Under the pieces are notes generated by a model. The model searched no databases and was not told where the DNA came from. It worked only from the letters and a program-made list of their open reading frames with translations. 62,962 nucleotides of DNA from Nemertoderma westbladi (Eukaryota > Animalia > Xenacoelomorpha), in NCBI GenBank assembly GCA_032718475.1, contig JAUCBJ010005775.1, positions 1 through 62,962 of the forward strand, read 5' to 3'. Below, piece by piece: positions 50,903 to 62,962 of this stretch. The position numbers and the translations under genes are program-made. The number at the start of each line of letters is the position of its first letter. The first letter of the stretch is position 1.

Positions 50903-51376
50903 CATTTATTAAAGATGCATTAACAGCTCAACTACAATTCATATAGAAGTTGAATAAATGAGAGATACATTACAATAATAATGTAGTTGTCTACATGGCA
51001 GCTGTCATGGATACGGAGGTCTAGAATGAAATTGGAGAAGCTGTTAGTTAGGGTTGCTATAGTTCAAAATATACCGTTGTCTTGAAAATAGTTGTATATC
51101 GGAGGCAAATATTTCAAAGTAGGAGTTATTGAATCGCGGTATTTCCGTATTATTGCATAGATATGGAAGACCTTGGACAGCCAATCAGCTATTGCTACCA
51201 TAGCAACGCATTAAAAAGCGAATATAATGAAAATATAAAAAGTTTATGCAACTACAGAATGTGGTTTATCCCGGAAAATATTAAAACTACAGAAATTATA
51301 AATCTTTAAATAAAGTTAATGAGACGGAGAATAAAATGTTAGCTAATCAGATACTATAAACGATTCCTATAGACTA

Positions 51377-51681
51377 TAGGGCCCATTCAAAAAGAAACTT
51401 CGAATCAGAGTGAGAGAGAAGGGGGCGGAGGGGGGGGGGGGCAGGAAAATATCACACAATATGGGGGAACTCCACATGTCTGAATGTCTCCTGTCTGTCA
51501 GTCAATGTATAAAAGACCATTAAAATGCATTATCAGTTGCTAATAATGGCATACAATTATAATTAAATATAACCAAATATATTTTGCATTGTACATGTCG
51601 CGGGTGGGGGGGGGGGGGGGGGGTCAATGAACCTGTGCCTTTTCTAGAACCTTTCTATGGTTTCCTTTTTGGATGGCCCTA
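51377..51681. mobile_element. MITE
   Basis: TAGGGCCCATTCAAAAAGAAAC versus reverse complement of the right end TAGGGCCATCCAAAAAGGAAAC. Poly-G tracts lie inside. Confidence 0.6.
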
Positions 51682-51691
51682 CATGTATTTC

Positions 51692-52080
51692 ACCGTGACC
51701 CGGTAATATAGATACATTTTCTGATGACACGGACCCCATATTTTTCTACAAATCTTTATCATATTACTTGAAACTTGAAACACAACTAGTTCAACTCACC
51801 GTTGCTGACAACATGGTACCAGAATTTTAGATTTTGCCTTTTAATTTTTGGGGCGTTTTAGCTGCGAAATCGCACCATTCGTATCGTTAAAAAAGTAATA
51901 AAAATTAAAGCCAATATCGCTGGTTCCATTCCATGTTGTCATCGAAAGTGAGTTGAACTAATAGTTGTGATTCAAATTTCAATCAATATGATTAAATTTG
52001 TAGAAAAATATGAGGGGGGGGGGGGGTGGGGTGGGGGGGGGGGGGGGGTCAGAAAGTAACACTAAATTACAAGTCACGGT
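51692..52080. mobile_element. Foldback MITE
   Basis: ACCGTGAC...CATATTTTTCTACAAAT...AGTTCAACTCAC is mirrored by GTGAGTTGAACT...ATTTGTAGAAAAATATG...GTCACGGT. Confidence 0.75.
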
Positions 52081-53056
52081 TTATATTATGCTACAAGGCT
52101 AAATATTAGCTTCCTACTTCTTAAATAAATGAGTAATAATTAGTTAGTTGACGTGTGTACTGAGTATAGAGGGACAGACAGACAAGATAATGTAATATCT
52201 TGTTGAAGGAATTTAGGTTAGTTAAGTAACACTGACCACAACCAAAGATAGAAAATACTAAGTAAGTTAATAGTAACTAATTAACATTAAATATAGAAAA
52301 TACAGTAGGACGAAAAACAGAAACAAATATAACAATGAAATTAGAAAGTCACAGCTAAATAAATACCAAGTTACAAATAAATAAATACAGTATAACAAAC
52401 AAAAAGCAAAATATTAGTTAAAACAACCGAAGATGGCCAAAGAGATTCATTGTTTTAAATTATGTTTTTAATGATTGTCTGTAATATGGTGCTTGTCATA
52501 AAAACGAAGTATGTATGTACGATTAAAAAAGTTTTATATCCTGTGTCGTTAGCGTCACTGTTAGTATTATAAAATAAATCAAGGCACAAACTGAAGTAGA
52601 TACCATAGCAACTTTATATAAAATAACTATTTATAGGAAGTCAATATTATTAATTCCCTTTGTCAAATAAACTATTATTATTAAATTTAATGGTGAATTT
52701 ATTTGCCTTATGAAATTACATTTTTGTAAACGTTGCTCGAGGTGTGAGTGGCAGAAAGTGGGGTCTTAGGATTAAACTTTAAAAGTTCACGTTGTAGTTA
52801 ATAATATTCGAAATAATAGTAATTATATATTTTATATAAAATATTTAAAATTAACTTTTTAAGTAACTGCTTTATTTGGTATAAAATAAAGCTTCGTTGT
52901 CAGGATAGTACTTGTTGCTATGGTAACTAACTATAAGTCTCTATCCGCCTTTATAAAGACGACCTGGGGTTACATACAATCTCCACCCAGACAGTTTGGC
53001 ACTGTAATTGTTATAATGTTGATTGAATGGGAAGCAACATTGGCACGAGTTCACAA

Positions 53057-55660
53057 GGGAAGGGTTGACAATGGGGTAGGGGAATGGGGGGAAGGGTTGA
53101 CAATGGGGTAGGGGAGTGGGGGGAAGGGTTGACAATGGGGTAGGTGAGTGGGGGGAAGGGTTGACAATGGGGTAGGGGAGTGGGGGGAAGGGTTGACGAT
53201 GGGGTAGGGGAGTGGGGGGGGGAAGGGTTGACAATGGGGTAGGGGAGTGGGGGAAGGGTTGACAATGGGGTAGGGGAGTGGGGGGAAGGGTTGACAATGG
53301 GGTAGGGGAGTGGGGGGAAGGGTTGACAATGGGGTAGGGGAATGGGGGGAAGGGTTGACAATGGGGTAGGGGAGTGGGGGGAAGGGTTGACAATGGGGTA
53401 GGTGAGTGGGGGGAAGGGTTGACAATGGGGTAGGGGAGTGGGGGGGAAGGGTTGACAATGTGGTAGGGGAGTGGGGGGAAGGGTTGACAATGGGATAGGG
53501 GAGTGGGGGGAAGGGTTGACGATGGGGTAGGGGAGTAGGGAGAAGGGTTGACAATGTGGTAGGGGAGTGGGGGGAAGGGTTGACAATGGGGTAGGGGAGT
53601 GGGGGGAAGGGTTGACAATGGGGTAGGGGAGTGGGGGGAAGGGTTGACGATGGGGTAGGGGAGTGGGGGGGGGAAGGGTTGACAATGGGGTAGGGGAGTG
53701 GGGGAAGGGTTGACAATGGGGTAGGGGAGTGGGGGGAAGGGTTGACGATGGGGTAGGGGAATAGGGAGAAGGGTTGACAATGTGGTAGGGGAGTGGGGGG
53801 AAGGGTTGACAATGGGGTAGGGGAGTGGGGGGAAGGGTTGACAATGGGGTAGGGGAGTGGGGGGAAGGGTTGACGATGGGGTAGGGGAGTGGGGGGGGGA
53901 AGGGTTGACAATGGGGTAGGGGAGTGGGGGAAGGGTTGACAATGGGGTAGGGGAGTGGGGGGAAGGGTTGACGATGGGGTAGGGGAATAGGGAGAAGGGT
54001 TGACAATGTGGTAGGGGAGTGGGGGGAAGGGTTGACAATGGGGTAGGGGAGTGGGGGGAAGGGTTGACGATGGGGTAGGGGAGTAGGGAGAAGGGTTGAC
54101 AATGTGGTAGGGGAGTGGGGGGAAGGGTTGACAATGGGGTAGGGGAGTGGGGGGAAGGGTTGACAATGGGGTAGGGGAGTGGGGGGAAGGGTTGACGATG
54201 GGGTAGGGGAGTGGGGGGGGGAAGGGTTGACAATGGGGTAGGGGAGTGGGGAAGGGTTGACAATGGGGTAGGGGAGTGGGGGGAAGGGTTGACGATGGGG
54301 TAGGGGAATAGGGAGAAGGGTTGACAATGTGGTAGGGGAGTGGGGGGAAGGGTTGACAATGGGGTAGGGGAGTGGGGGGAAGGGTTGACGATGGGGTAGG
54401 GGAATAGGGAGAAGGGTTGACAATGTGGTAGGGGAGTGGGAGGAAGGGTTGACAATGGGGTAGGGGAGTGGGGGGGAAGGGTTGACAATGGGATAGGGGA
54501 GTGGGGGGAAGGGTTGACGATGGGGTAGGGGAGTAGGGAGAAGGGTTGACAATGTGGTAGGGGAGTGGGGGGAAGGGTTGACAATGGGGTAGGGGAGTGG
54601 GGGGGAAGGGTTGACAATGTGGTAGGGGAGTGGGGGGAAGGGTTGACAATGGGGTAGGGGAGTGGGGGGAAGGGTTGACGATGGGGTAGGGGAATAGGGA
54701 GAAGGGTTGACAATGTGGTAGGGGAGTGGGGGGAAGGGTTGACAATGGGGTAGGGGAGTGGGGGGGAAGGGTTGACAATGGGATAGGGGAGTGGGGGGAA
54801 GGGTTGACGATGGGGTAGGGGAGTAGGGAGAAGGGTTGACAATGTGGTAGGGGAGTGGGGGGAAGGGTTGACAATGGGGTAGGGGAGTGGGGGGAAGGGT
54901 TGACAATGTGGTAGGGGAGTGGGGGGAAGGGTTGACAATGGGGTAGGGGAGTGGGGGGGAAGGGTTGACAATGGGGTAGGGGAGTGGGGGGAAGGGTTGA
55001 CAATGGGGTAGGGGAGTGGGGGGAAGGGTTGACAATGGGGTAGGGGAGTGGGGGGAAGTGTTGACGATGGGGTAGGGGAGTGGGGGGAAGGGTTGACAAT
55101 GGGGTAGGGGAGTGGGGGGAAGGGTTGACGATGGGGTAGGGGAGTAGGGAGAAGGGTTGACAATGTGGTAGGGGAGTGGGGGGGAAGGGTTGACAATGTG
55201 GTAGGGGAGTGGGGGGAAGGGTTGACAATGGGGTAGGGGAGTGGGGGGAAGGGTTGACAATGAGGTAGGGGAGTGGGGGGAAGGGATGACAATGTGGTAG
55301 GGGAGTGGGGGGAAGGGTTGACAATGGGGTAGGGGAGTGGGGGAAGGGTTGACAATGTGGTAGGGGAGTGGGGGGAAGGGTTGACAATGGGGTAGGGGAG
55401 TGGGGGGGAAGGGTTGACAATGTGGTAAGGGAGTGGGGGGAAGGGTTGACAATGGGGTAGGGGAGTGGGGGGGAAGGGTTGACAATGGGGTAGAGGAGTG
55501 GGGGGAAGGGTTGACAATGGGGTAGGGGAGTGGGGGGGGGGAAGGGTTGACAATGGGGTAGGGGAGTGGGGAAAAGGGTTGACAATGGGGAAGGGGAGTG
55601 GGGGGAAGGGTTGACAATGGGGTAGGGGAATGGGGGGAAGGGTTGACAATGTGGTAGGGG
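53057..55660. repeat. G-rich ~32-bp minisatellite (~80 copies)
   Basis: Unit AAGGGTTGACAATGGGGTAGGGGAGTGGGGGG with a variable final G run. It explains the three Pro-rich minus-strand ORFs. Confidence 0.98.
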
Positions 55661-57828
55661 AGGGAGACAAGGGAAGGGAGGGATAGCGTGTAAGGGATGT
55701 GGGTGACAATAGAGGGATGGGGGCGAGGGAGGCGATGGGGACATGAAAGGGGGGGGGGGGGGTAAAGGGGGCGCCTATTTCCTCAAAAGGGAAACTTTAA
55801 AAAGGCGAAAGGATAAATTATAAGCTGTTACAAAATTCACAATAAAAAAAATATAAAATAACCAAGAAATTTCTTGGTAAAAAAAACTGCTAAATATTGA
55901 GAAATGCAAAAAATTAATGAAAAACATTTTATTCGGAATTACGTAAAAATATTTATGCCGCCGGAGCAAAATAAGCTTTATCGACGTAATTTATTGTGCT
56001 GCGACTAACTGACTATGTGAGTACTGGCTTTATGGCAGTTAAGTTTTAGTTTAGTTCAATATTTAGGGTACCTGGCAGTGTAAGGCATAAACTATGGCAA
56101 TGTTTTGTCAATAATTACAAATAAATACAATAATATTAAATTAATAAATCAAACTCCTTATTTCTCGCTAATAGGTTGAAAGTCAACCAAACACACAATA
56201 CTATATGAATCATATACAAATTACAGAAGTAAAACCCAATTTCTCAACATACTAATAGAACTGAAACTATTAGCTTGAAAAATCTCGAAATTTCGATTAT
56301 GATAATAATAACCCGACTACATTTGTGTATATTATTCACAGACCCCAGAAAACAAAGGACAGACTACATTACGTAAAAATAGTTACAAAAATAGCTTAAA
56401 ATTTATCAACACATCAAGATATCCGAGAATAATAAAACTGCTAAAGTAACACAAAAATAATAACATGTAACAAAAAACAGACAAATAACAAACATAGACA
56501 CAAGCACCTGTATATAGCAGTCAATCAAAACGGACAGGTTGTGGAAGCAAAAATGTAAAGTATCGTCTGTAAGGCGGTGAACAATTTATATAAACTAACA
56601 AACACAACCTAGACAATAAACCGGACAACAGACAATAAACCGGCTTATTATAGAACAAATTAGGGTAAATACTAACGAGAGACATCTAGTGTTTCTTAGA
56701 AGAAACTTCATCACCTAATGGAATCTTTCTTTGGACGTTAGATGTCGCAACATTAACAGCAAGAGAGGGATAAACGAATTTTCATTGGCTAATCGTATTC
56801 AGTAGATTATTTTGTGGTGGCGTGCTAATACTAGACGGTGATTGGTCAGTGAATGGAGATTCTTTTGTACTTCTCGTATCTGATTGGTCAGTTGAGGGTG
56901 TCGGTGGGGTATATACATGACGACTACGGGAACACGTACAAGGTTTCAGTAATTGGGGAGCCACAAGAACTTCTCCGAACTTTCCTTTGAATATCTCGCC
57001 GCAACAAATTGTTTCCCTGTGAAAATTTTTAATAAAATATAATATTATATTGTGACAGAATATGAAAATGAAGCTACAAAGATTGAAAATTACAGTAAAT
57101 TTTTATGGTCTTTTCATTGACTTTTTTGTGAGTTTTTTTAATGAATTTTTGCATGACCTTTTGTCTGCTGAATGATGTTCATATCCGTTTTTGACATGAT
57201 GGTGAAATCAGTCATTACTACTAACCAAAACAATTAAATATCTCGTTACCAATTGAGTGGAAGGAGCAGTATTTTCTAACCAAAACAATAAAATGTCTCG
57301 TTTACAATTCAAATAAATGAGTACTTAGATGAAAGAGTAGGTTATTTAAAAAGTTGGCTAGAGTATTAAAATTCTGATACTATTTAGTTAATTTGCATCT
57401 TTACGACAGTTGATATCACAGATCAGATAGGCATCGCAGTTAGTACCGGTACTTCAGTATAATTCTGTAATTAATTTTTAAGTAAACTGCTCTATTATTG
57501 ATACCGGTATTGAGCTGCAGTAGAGTACCGGTACCGTAGGGGTATGCAAGGTCATAACTATGGAATGACTAGACCTTGCTCGTTACATGCCATAATAAGA
57601 AATCAGCTGACGCAGACAACAGCAAATCTGAAGATATTTAACTTAAATAAAAGTTATTAAAACATATATTTATTAAGTCCAGATGTTTTTGTGGCACCAC
57701 TAAATATTATTATTATATAATTATTATAAATTATTAGTAAATAGTGGGGTAATTAAACTAACATTCTCCAATAGGATGCGCCAGATCCATTATCCAATAA
57801 ATATGTTGGCAAACACGACGCCGCACCC

Positions 57829-57903
57829 TGATTGGTTGACTGTGTGAGAGGAAACTCCACTGATTGGTCAGCCTGAGGAGGCAGCACAACCGCTTGTAGT
57901 TCC
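57829..57903 (-). promoter_or_regulatory. Possible promoter core: two CCAAT boxes 32 bp apart plus GGAACTACA
   Basis: ATTGG at 57831 and 57863, TGTAGTTCC at 57895-57903, within a small GC-rich patch. Confidence 0.3.
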
Positions 57904-58006
57904 TTTCGCCGTCGCAAAGTCTTACAATTACCTAAAAAATATGAATATGAATTTATACAAAATCCGAATACAATTAGAATGAAGAATAATTTATGCTCAT
58001 TATACC

Positions 58007-61000
58007 AAGGAATGCCTGTCCACCACCATGGGTGATCTTCCACAGTAAACCCTTCCACTCTGTTTCCTAAAGGAATGCCTGTTCACCACCATGAGTGATC
58101 TTCCACAGTAAACCCTTCCACTCTGTTTCCTTAAGGAATGCCTGTTCACCACCATGAGTGATCTTCCACCATAAATCCTTCCACTCTGTTTTCTAAAGGA
58201 ATGCCTGTTCACCACCATGAGTGATCTTCCACAGTAAACCCTTCCACTCTGTTTCCTTAAGGAATGCCTGTTCACCACCATGAGTGATCTTCCACCATAA
58301 ATCCTTCCACTCTGTTTTCTAAAGGAATGCCTGTTCACCACCATGAGTGATCTTCCACAGTAAACCCTTCCACTCTGTTTCCTTAAGGAATGCCTGTTCA
58401 CCACCATGGGTGAACTTCCACAGTAAACCCTTCCACTCTGTTTCCTAAAGGAATGCCTGTTCACCACCATAGGTGATCTTCCACCATAAATCCTTCCACT
58501 CTGTTTTCTAAAGGAATGCCTGTTCACCACCATGAGTGATCTTCCACAGTAAACCCTTCCACTCTGTTTCCTTAAGGAATGCCTGTTCACCACCATGGGT
58601 GAACTTCCACAGTAAACCCTTCCACTCTGTTTCCTAAAGGAATGCCTGTTCACCACCATAGGTGATCTTCCACAGTAAACCCTTCCACTCTGTTTCCTTA
58701 AGAAATGCCTGTTCACCACCATGGGTGAACTTCCACAGTAAACCCTTCCACTCTGTTTCCTAAAGGTATGCCTGTTCACCACCATAGGTGATCTTCCACA
58801 GTAAACCCTTCCACTCTGTTTCCTTAAGGAATGCCTGTACACCACCATGAGTGATCTTCCACAGTAAATCCTTCCACACTGTTTCCTAAAGGAATGCCTG
58901 TACACCACCATGAGTGATCTTCCACAGTAAATCCTTCCACTCCGTTTCCTAAAGGAATGCCTGTTCACCACCATAGGTGATCTTCCACAGTAAACCCTTC
59001 CACTCTGTTTCCTAAAGGAATGCCTGTACACCACCATGAGTGATCTTCCACAGTAAACCCTTCCACTCTGTTTCCTAAAGGAATGCCTGTTCACCACCAT
59101 AGGTGATCTTCCACAGTAAACCCTTCCACTCTGTTTCCTAAAGGAATGCCTGTTCACCACCATAGGTGATCTTCCACAGTAAACCCTTCCACTCTGTTTC
59201 CTAAAGGAATGCCTGTTCACCACCATGGGTGAACTTCCACAGTAAACCCTTCCACTCTGTTTCCTAAAGGAATGCCTGTTCACCACCATAGGTGATCTTC
59301 CACCATAAATCCTTCCACTCTGTTTTCTAAAGGAATGCCTGTTCACCACCATGAGTGATCTTCCACAGTAAACCCTTCCACTCTGTTTCCTTAAGGAATG
59401 CCTGTTCACCACCATGGATGAACTTCCACAGTAAACCCTTCCACTCTGTTTCCTAAAGGAATGCCTGTTCACCACCATAGGTGATCTTCCACAGTAAACC
59501 CTTCCACTCTGTTTCCTTAAGGAATGCCTGTTCACCACCATGGGTGAACTTCCACAGTAAACCCTTCCACTCTGTTTCCTAAAGGAATGCCTGTTCACCA
59601 CCATAGGTGATCTTCCACAGTAAACCCTTCCACTCTGTTTCCTTAAGGAATGCCTGTACACCACCATGAGTGATCTTCCACAGTAAATCCTTCCACACTG
59701 TTTCCTAAAGGAATGCCTGTACACCACCATGAGTGATCTTCCACAGTAAATCCTTCCACTCCGTTTCCTAAAGGAATGCCTGTTCACCACCATAGGTGAT
59801 CTTCCACAGTAAACCCTTCCACTCTGTTTCCTAAAGGAATGCCTGTACACCACCATGAGTGATCTTCCACAGTAAACCCTTCCACTCTGTTTCCTAAAGG
59901 AATGCCTGTTCACCACCATAGGTGATCTTCCACAGTAAACCCTTCCACTCTGTTTCCTAAAGGAATGCCTGTTCACCACCATAGGTGATCTTCCACAGTA
60001 AACCCTTCCACTATGTTTCCTAAAGGAATGCCTGTACACCACCATGAGTGATCTTCCACAGTAAACCCTTCCACATGTTTCCTAAAGGAATGCCTGTACA
60101 CCACCATGAGTGATCTTCCACAGTAAACCCTTCCACTATGTTTCCTAAAGAAATGCCTGTTCACCACCATTGGTGATCTTCCACAGTAAACCCATCCACT
60201 CTGTTTCCTAAAGGAATGCCTGTTCACCACCATAGGTGATCTTCCACAGTAAACCCTTCCACTCTGTTTCCTTAAGGAATGCCTGTTCACCACCATGGGT
60301 GATCTTCCACAGTAAACCCATCCACTCTGTTTCCTAAAGGAATGCCTGTTCACCACCATGGGTGATCTTCCACAGTAAACCCTTCCTCTCTGTTTCCTAA
60401 AGGAATGCCTGTTCACCACCATGGGTGATCTTCCACAGTAAACCCTTCCACTCTGTTTCCTAAAGGAATGCCTGTTCACCACCATTGGTGATCTTCCACA
60501 GTAAACCCATCCACTCTGTTTCCTAAAGGAATGCCTGTTCACCACCATGGGTGATCTTCCACAGTAAACCCTTCCACTCTGTTTCCTATAAAGGAATGCC
60601 TGTTCACCACCATGGGTGATCTTCCACAGTAAACCCTTCCACTCTGTTTCCTTAAGGAATGCCTGTTCACCACCATGGGTGATCTTCCACAGTAAACCCT
60701 TCCACTCTGTTTCCTATAAAGGAATGCCTGTTCACCACAATGGGTGATCTTCCACAGTAAACCCTTCCACTCTGTTTCATAAAGGAATGCCTGTTCACCA
60801 CCATGGGTGATCTTCCACAGTAAACCCTTCCACTCTGTTTCCTATAGGAATGCCTGTTCACAACCATGGGTGATCTTCCACAGTAAACCCTCCCACTCTG
60901 TTTCCTAAAGGAATGCCTGTTCACCACCATGGGTGATCTTCCACAGTAAACCCTTCCACTCTGTTTCCTATAGGAGTGCCTGTTCACCACCATGAGTGAT

Positions 61001-61968
61001 CCTCCACAGTAAACCCTTCCACTCTGTTTCCTAAAGGAATGCCTGTTCACCACCATGGGTGATCTTCCACAGTAAACCCTTTCACTCTGTTTCCTAAAGG
61101 AATACCTTTTCACCAACATGGGTAATCTCCCACAGTAAACCCTTCCACTCTGTTTCCTAAAGGAATTCCTGTTCACCACCATGGGTGATCTTCCACAGTA
61201 AACCCTTCCACTCTGTTTCCTAAAGGAATGCCTGTTCACCACCATGGGTGATCTTCCACAGTAAACCCTTCCCTCTGTTTCCTATAAAGGAATGCCTGTT
61301 CACCACCATGGGTGATCTTCCACAGTAAACTCTTCCACTCTGTTTCCTAAAGGAATGTCTGTTCAACACCATGGGTGATCTTCCACAGTAAACCCTTCCA
61401 CTCTGTTTCCTTAAGGAATGCCTGTTCACCACCATGGGTGATCTTCCACAGTAAACCTTTCCACTATGTTTCCTAAAGGAGTGCCTGTTCACCACCATGG
61501 GTTGATCTTACACAGTAAACCCTTCCTCTCTGTTTCCCAAAGGAAGCCTGTTCACCACCATGGGTGATCTTCCACAGTAAACCCTTCCCTCTGTTTCCTA
61601 TAAAGGAATGCCTGTTCACCACCATGGGTGATCTTCCACAGTAAACTCTTCCACTCTGTTTCCTAAAGGAATGTCTGTTCAACACCATGGGTGATCTTCC
61701 ACAGTAAACCCTTCCACTCTGTTTCCTAAAGGAATGCCTGTTCACCACCATGGGTGATCTTCCACAGTAAACTCTTCCACTCTGTTTCCTAAAGGAATGT
61801 CTGTTCAACACCATGGGTGATCTTCCACAGTAAACCCTTCAACTCTGTTTCCTTAAGGAATGCCTGTTCACCACCATGGGTGATCTTCCACAGTAAACCC
61901 TTCCACTCTGTTTCCTTAAGGAATGCCTGTTCACCACCATGGGTGATCTTCCACAGTAAACCCTACCA
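58007..61968. repeat. 63-bp satellite, array 3 (~63 copies)
   Basis: Same unit and orientation as array 1. It explains the MVVNRHSFRKQSGRVYCGRSP-repeat ORFs. Confidence 0.98.
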
Positions 61969-62733
61969 TTCTTGCCATTAATCAACGAGTCAAGGATAAA
62001 AGCCTTGGTTGGGCTAGAGAATATTAAATATAATAAATATATGAAAAAAAATGATTCTGTTTGAACTCTTTGGAACCCATGAGAATAATAATACACAATG
62101 ATTAAATCGTACCAGGGTGTAGTTTTAGGGCGCTAAAACACTCATCTAGGTCAGTAAAATTGGAAGATACAACAGGACAAGATCGTTTACACATATCTTA
62201 TTTAACTTACAGCGAATTTCAAACATCGTTCCTATACAGGGTGATAGGCGGGCACCCTGCAGCATTCAAGGCACAGGCACCGGGGGGGGGGGGGGGGGGG
62301 GGGGGGAGGGGGGGGGTCAGGTGGACATGGTGTATAAATGTAAACCAACCTGAATATTTCGCCAACAAAGATGACGGATTTCTCAGAAATCCATTGCGCC
62401 TCTTAGCGAATGAGAAGGGAACTAGCTTCTTTCTGGAACACCACCTAGAGGCGCCAACTGGAACATATCCCTTTCTAGCATTGAATACCAACTAAAGGAA
62501 TAAAGAATACAGTTAGCGGGAAATAAAGTCTAGTAAAGTATTAAAGTACAGGGAAATTCGGTAACGTAATATTATTTTTAGTTTGATAGTTATAAAACGA
62601 AAGTGATAATTAATAAGAGTAAATAGTTCAATGAAAGTCAATTAACCTCACTGACGCTGTGAAAATAAAATGCAAATGCAAAAAATGAAAATAAAAAAGT
62701 TATACTTTTTTCTCATAAGTAATAATAACTATT

Positions 62734-62872
62734 TATTATATTGTGTATAATGCAGGACTTTATCTCACGCCGGTCCCGATGTCAATATTTACACGAATGA
62801 GCGAAGCGAGCGAGTGAAATATTGAAACGAGTGACCGAAGTGAGATAAAGGTACATCATACACAATATAATA
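62734..62872. mobile_element. Palindromic MITE-like element centred on GCGAAGC
   Basis: TATTATATTGTGTAT / ATACACAATATAATA, CTTTATCTCAC / GTGAGATAAAG and CAATATTT / AAATATTG. GCGAAGC is at 62801-62807. Confidence 0.8.
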
Positions 62873-62962
62873 TGTTGTTTTATTGTTAAATTTCTGGATT
62901 ACTTAACAAGATGTATTATATAATAGTTAATAGTAGACATTTCTTATAGTGTATTTTGTTTA

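Noticed and set aside
52941-55744. Three ~900-aa extensin-like ORFs
   Set aside because: All three minus frames are open because the C-rich strand of the minisatellite lacks stops. The unit length is variable and not a multiple of 3.
58000-61814. 681-aa and neighbouring repeat-protein ORFs
   Set aside because: These are translations of the 63-bp satellite, broken by indels elsewhere and present in both orientations in the window.

Overview
AT-rich eukaryotic nuclear DNA, most likely from an invertebrate animal, dominated by repeats. It holds three large satellite/minisatellite families: 43 bp at 1-3675; 63 bp in three separate arrays; and a G-rich 32 bp family at 53057-55660. Other repeats are tRNA-derived SINEs of several families, RTE and RTE-X LINE fragments, a decayed piggyBac transposase, an Academ-like transposase fossil, Helentron-like (HINE) elements and many MITEs, some nested and with intact TSDs. 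Two credible host genes stand out, both on the minus strand. One is a 467-aa protein in a single coding exon (signal peptide, two Cys-rich PAN/Apple-like modules, a glycine-rich domain, GPI-like tail). The other is a 92-aa prepropeptide with three KR sites, whose 26-residue predicted peptide resembles secretin/glucagon/PTH-class ligands. Reading by eye also shows minimal Penelope-type hammerhead ribozyme motifs (an intact core at 19997-20040 minus, variants at 14341 and 50665/50793), a hammerhead-like remnant inside the 63-bp satellite, and long palindromes centred on GCGAAGC. All family assignments come from motif recognition, not database searches. The long ORFs at 52.9-55.7 kb and 58-62 kb are repeat artefacts.
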